DNA of 63,602 bases, counting the filler, from Salisapilia sapeloensis CBS 127946 (taxonomy: Eukaryota > Protista > Oomycota), in assembly GCA_023334545.1 (NCBI GenBank). It is 5 parts of 5 records of this genome, joined end to end, with 100 filler letters (N's around TTAATTAATTAA, not from the genome) between each part and the next. Parts side by side here need not be neighbours in the genome. Positions count along the whole stretch, not along the records: positions 56,707 to 63,602 come from JAADVB010000542.1; 4 more parts are not named here. One strand, given 5' to 3'. Made by a program: the position numbers and the translations under genes. Numbering within the stretch: the first letter of the stretch is position 1; each line of letters starts with the position of its first letter. This document shows, piece after piece, positions 59,535 to 63,602 of this stretch. Below the pieces are notes generated by a model. It worked only from the letters and a program-made list of their open reading frames with translations. It searched no databases and had not been told where the DNA came from.

Positions 59535-59755
59535 CTTTTTCTCATCTCGGACGTCGGACGTAGGGAGGCGTGGGCTGGAAGACGTTGGCGTTCGACCTAG
59601 CATGGACAGTAGAGTGTCCTTTGAACACATCGCTAGGACGCATGCCCTTCGCCCTACCAGAGACCTGCGCCTAGAGAACGCTCGAATAACACAAGACAAA
59701 CATAAACAGAAAGCGTTAACTTAGTTACTCGTACACACCGCCTCTCTCCTCTGCT

Positions 59756-60850
59756 CTACCCGTCTTCCGGACCCATCTCCGCCGATGCGCTCTCGTCATC
59801 CTCCGGACCGAATGCCACCGGCACGCTCTCCTCGTCCAGCTCGTCCGCATCCACGATCTCAAACGTAGACGCATTGTCCCGCGTATTGTACGTCCGCAGC
59901 AAACCGTCTCGCTTCTGCCCACCGACGTACCACCTCCGGTTCCGACAGCTCTGCAGCTCGCCGTACCATCCGAACTCGAACTGGAAGATCCGGCTCGGGT
60001 GGAACGACCTCGGCTTCACCAGCTTGATGCAGTTCGACTTGGCACACAGCACCTCGCCCGTCTCGAAGTCCTCCAGCTGCACCTGGACGCAGTTGTACGA
60101 CGCCACGTCCACCTTGAGCTTGAACGACGTCGGCGCGTACCGGAAGGCCGGGTCCGCCTCGCTCGGGTCGTTGTGCACCACGTACACCCGCTGCTTGTCG
60201 CCCAACCGCTTCAGGAACTTGGTCCGGGCCAGACGCACGTACACCCGCTTCCCGTCCAGCAACACGAGACGCTCGTTCCGGGCCTCCGCCGACTCCCGGA
60301 TGGACTGCAACGTCTCTTCGAGACTCGTCAGCAGCTCCTTGGCCTTCTCCGGAAGTACATACGGGATCTTGGCGTGCACGCGGTTGAAGAGCTGCTTGCT
60401 CCAGACCACGCCCGTCTTGCACCACAGCGCCACGTGCTCGCAGTTGAGCGACACGATGTTAAAGTGGCCCTTGCCCAGGCCCAGCAGGAACTTGCATCTC
60501 GCCAGCACCACCGGCGGAATGTCGCTCTTGGCGCGGTGCGTCTCGCCCAGGTGGGACAGCGCATCGCCCACGACACTCGAGTTGTACTGGACTCGCCGGA
60601 GATCCGAGAGCGGCCGAGGGCCCATAAAGTCGGCCAAAGACGTCAGACGAAAGGACGAGTCCGCCTGAGCTTGACGGAATCCTTCAATCGGACTCCAGAC
60701 ATGCGCGATAACGATCGACTCGGCGTCCTTGCCCTGCTCATAGACAACGCCATGGTGTGTATATCGAAATGGCAAGCACTTGTTGTCCCATACACAGATA
60801 TGATCCGAAGGCTGGAGTGTAGCAATGTTAAGTACTTGGCATGTATTCAT
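59756..60850 (-). CDS. LRAT/NlpC-P60-like (PLAAT) domain protein with C-terminal putative beta-trefoil, copy A
   Basis: YTHHGVV, VIAHVWS and FNIVSLNCEHVALWCKTG give a His/His/Cys triad pattern. The ATG at 60850 is supported by the paralog starting at the same codon. Confidence 0.85.
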   Translation of the reverse strand: MNTCQVLNIATLQPSDHICVWDNKCLPFRYTHHGVVYEQGKDAESIVIAHVWSPIEGFRQAQADSSFRLTSLADFMGPRPLSDLRRVQYNSSVVGDALSHLGETHRAKSDIPPVVLARCKFLLGLGKGHFNIVSLNCEHVALWCKTGVVWSKQLFNRVHAKIPYVLPEKAKELLTSLEETLQSIRESAEARNERLVLLDGKRVYVRLARTKFLKRLGDKQRVYVVHNDPSEADPAFRYAPTSFKLKVDVASYNCVQVQLEDFETGEVLCAKSNCIKLVKPRSFHPSRIFQFEFGWYGELQSCRNRRWYVGGQKRDGLLRTYNTRDNASTFEIVDADELDEESVPVAFGPEDDESASAEMGPEDG

Positions 60851-63096
60851 GTCCAGTATTAAATTCGAATTGTTCGAAGGTTTGAAGTCAAAGTGTAGTT
60901 GTGGAGAAATGGACCAGATGAGGTCGAACAAGCGATGCTCGAGTGACTGATTTTAATTTTTTTGAGGCAGAAGTCTGGAGGATTGTGCAAAGTGCTTGCG
61001 TACCTGATCTTCTAGATGATATATTTAGGAGTGAGGCTGAACCTTCGATTGAAGGGAACAAACACTTCTGACACTTTCCAAGGTAGGTGGTAAAGGGGGT
61101 GACGTGCAAATGGACAGAAGTGGATGGGAGAAAAAGCGCCGGTGTCAAATCTTGGCTTCAAATGCGATTCTTTTCGCGGGGAATCAATACTCTTCTATCT
61201 TTTGTATGAGCTATGAAGAGTATGTTTTAGATACATGTGCGATACTTTAGGAAGAAATAGGTTATCTAGGAGTGTTTACAGTCCGTCGAGCATCGTGTGA
61301 ACATGAGCATATATAGCTGAACTTGGTCGCTCTAGCTGACAGTGAGAGACAGAGTTGGATTAGCAATGCAGAAAGCTATCTTTTCCCGTAGAGTAGCATC
61401 ACAAAGAGTAGAAACAGCAGGGAAGCTACCAGCAAGTTTGTTTCGGAAGCCACGATTGCTACAACTGCATGCCGCTCTAGGTTTGGCACTCTAGGCTCTA
61501 TAATTACCACATACTGCGTACACCGCAAAGTAGAGATGCTTGTTAACTTTCACATAAAAAGCACTACATAAATTTTTAGCATTGTGTACTGCTGTGCTTT
61601 GTGCTAGCAAGAAACAACATCAATTTGCTGTAATGTATTTCCTCCTCTACCTCCTTCGATCTGAGCAGCTGTGGGCCGAACACTTTTGCATGCAATCTTC
61701 ATCGATAGCACACAATGAACTTGATATGCAAATTAAACGTGATGTAAGGAGAAACTGTCCATCATTCGGAATAAAATGCTTTCCAGGCGAAGTATTAATG
61801 GATCTGAAGTGTCGAGGCAGAAATGAGTAGTATTTTCATAGCGTTGAGATGCGATCGTAACTAGTCTTAAAAGCAAATTTGCAATTGCGAAATATCAGAG
61901 GAAATCAACTCATTCACAGTTGGCGCCCAGATTTCTTTAAGATAGACGTTGAATGTTTGTGATAGTGTGCTTTGAACGACAATCAATGAATCGTACGTTG
62001 AATAAATACTTGGATCCAAACAGAGCTTTCGATGAGAGAATAGTAGATCGCCTCATACATACATGCCCGCATGCCTGACAAGAAAGTCGTACATTTGCGG
62101 CAACACTCCTTCCTAGAGAAACCGAAATCTAGGTTGTGAAATGTACTACGGTCGACTCACTAGCCAAAAGCGTGTTTCATGAAAGCGACGAAGCTGATGA
62201 TATCGTCGTATAGAAGGAAAGGTAAGCAGCTTCGCCGTTATAGCAGATATAACAATGCTAGTTCATGCTATTGAAAGTGGATTTTAGAGCATTGCTGCAG
62301 ACCCCTAGTTGATTATCATATCCACCTTCATGGAATGCATCGTGTGCGCTTTGTAACACATACGGGCGAGCAAGGCAGACTTGACACCCTCATGTGATTG
62401 AAGCATCTATATTCTGCATGGAGGCTCTCGCTCTCCTTGCTAGCGATTGTAGTTTCTGTTAGGCATTAAGGAGCTACAAATTGGACTTTGACTCAAGAAG
62501 TATTATAGTTATTGATATGCGCAGACCTCGACTCGAAAAGGAAGAGTCTGACTGACCTTGAGAGCAGACAGAGCAATGCTATCGTAAGAAAAATCCAGTG
62601 AAAGACGCATATGCATTCTTGTGCAGTATTGTCACTCTATCTAGCATATTTCCTTTGCACTGTAGCCATCAGAGCAATGCATCGCATTTTCTATATGCTG
62701 TTAGCAAATCCTCCGTAGGTTGCGTACTCCTCCTTGAAGCTGAAAATGATAGGATTAACTGAATATATATTTGTCACTTTACACGTTCTACCAAGAGCTC
62801 TTCCATAAGTCATACTCATCTGTTGCAGCCTCCAAGCTCCCTTCAGCACGCGTGTACGGAAGCGTACGACCCGGTAATCAAGGAGACAGACCGTGCTACG
62901 ATCCGCATCGTGCATTGGCTAACATGTGACCGGGAACATGTACTCATTAGCTCTCTGATCTGTACGAAAAACAACAACGGACGTCATTTGCTACGGCTTT
63001 CCCGGCCGACCATTACTCCATCCTCATTTCTCAGACGCAACAACAGTATCGAGAGGAAGGAAAGACGTCAAAAACGTTTCGTCCTGTGAAGTGATA

Positions 63097-63602
63097 ATGA
63101 ATACATGCCAAGTTTTAGATGTCGCTACACTCCAGCCTTCGGATCATATCTGTGTATGGGACAAGAGCCGCAGACCGTTTCAATACACGCACCATGGCAT
63201 TGTCTATGAGCAAGCCAACGATCCTAAATCCATCGTCATCGCTCATGTCTGGAGCCCTATCCGAGGTTTCCGTCAAGCTCAGGCGGACTCGTCCTTTCGT
63301 CTGACGTCTTTGGCCGACTTTATGGGCCCTCGGCCGCTCTCGGATCTCCGGCGAGTCCAGTACAACTCGAGTGTCGTGGGCGATGCGCTGTCCCACCTGG
63401 TCGAGACGCACCGCGCCAAGAGCGACATTCCGCCGGTGGTGCTGGCGAGATGCAAGTTCCTGCTGGGCCTGGGCAAGGGCCACTTTAACATCGGGTCGCG
63501 CAACTGCGAGCACGTGGCGCTGTGGTGCAAGACGGGCGTGGTCTGGAGCAAGCAGCTCTTCAACCGCGTGCACGCCAAGATCCCGTATGTACTTCCGGAG
63601 AA
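63097..63602 (+). CDS. LRAT-domain protein, copy B (inverted paralog; runs off window)
   Basis: MNTCQVLDVATLQPSDHICVWDKSRRPFQYTHHGIVYEQ...NCEHVALWCKTG...PYVLPE. Near-identical to copy A from about 63258 onward. Confidence 0.9.
   Translation, partial: MNTCQVLDVATLQPSDHICVWDKSRRPFQYTHHGIVYEQANDPKSIVIAHVWSPIRGFRQAQADSSFRLTSLADFMGPRPLSDLRRVQYNSSVVGDALSHLVETHRAKSDIPPVVLARCKFLLGLGKGHFNIGSRNCEHVALWCKTGVVWSKQLFNRVHAKIPYVLPE

Noticed and set aside
53694-60862. Long overlapping or antisense ORFs (53920-55176, 54435-55124, 56659-57771, 58272-59120, 58712-59563, 59874-60668, 59999-60862)
   Set aside because: Shadow frames of GC3-rich genes with few stop codons; low-complexity R/G/A composition and no motifs.
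60851-63096. Coding genes or a transposon in the LRAT spacer
   Set aside because: Only short ORFs without motifs and no terminal repeats recognised.
63400-63500. G/T differences in LRAT copy B (GE>VE; VSL>GSR beside the catalytic NCEH) as adaptive divergence
   Set aside because: Only three isolated transversions near a probable contig end. Sequencing or consensus error cannot be excluded without reads.
1-63602. CRISPR arrays, rRNA, telomeric (TTTAGGG-type) arrays, long tandem repeats
   Set aside because: No periodic repeat-spacer pattern, rRNA signature or telomere tract was seen on manual reading.

Overview
Gene-dense eukaryotic nuclear DNA from an oomycete. EF-1alpha is oomycete-type ([12 protein letters not shown]); a cystatin-like EPIC, an oomycete LRR-receptor kinase, INR/FPR core promoters and 54-62 nt GT-AG introns are also present. 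A thiE gene suggests a non-haustorial lineage (inference). The window is five draft contigs joined by artificial 100-nt linkers (N44-TTAATTAATTAA-N44): 1-15577, 15678-32884, 32985-53545, 53646-56606 and 56707-end. Adjacency across linkers is therefore not evidence. About 35 protein genes can be supported: prefoldin 3, WW-IQ-ankyrin, EEF2KMT, eEF1B plus a decayed copy, RRN7/TAF1B, DPH4, TMEM94, eIF1A, TPR, FKBP12, a multi-domain GDPD, THOC6, LRR-RK, cystatin, OYE, APC permease, thiE, EF-1alpha, ARMT1/DUF89 and two LRAT-domain genes, among others. No rRNA, tRNA, CRISPR or intact transposon was recognised. The strongest unexplained signal is architectural. Contig 2 starts and ends with the same 84 nt inside one gene. 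Contig 3 is bounded by a 181-nt inverted repeat holding the 3' end of the GDPD gene. Contig 5 carries a head-to-head LRAT gene pair whose 3' parts are nearly identical and GC-rich while the 5' parts are diverged and AT-richer. Together these suggest local gene duplications homogenised by GC-biased conversion, possibly with an invertible ~20-kb cassette. Other notable items are one-LRR-per-exon symmetric phase-2 exons in the receptor kinase, an unlisted spliced secreted prepro-peptide gene, and a catalytically dead trypsin-like secreted gene with an in-frame stop. All exon calls were made by eye and no database search was run.
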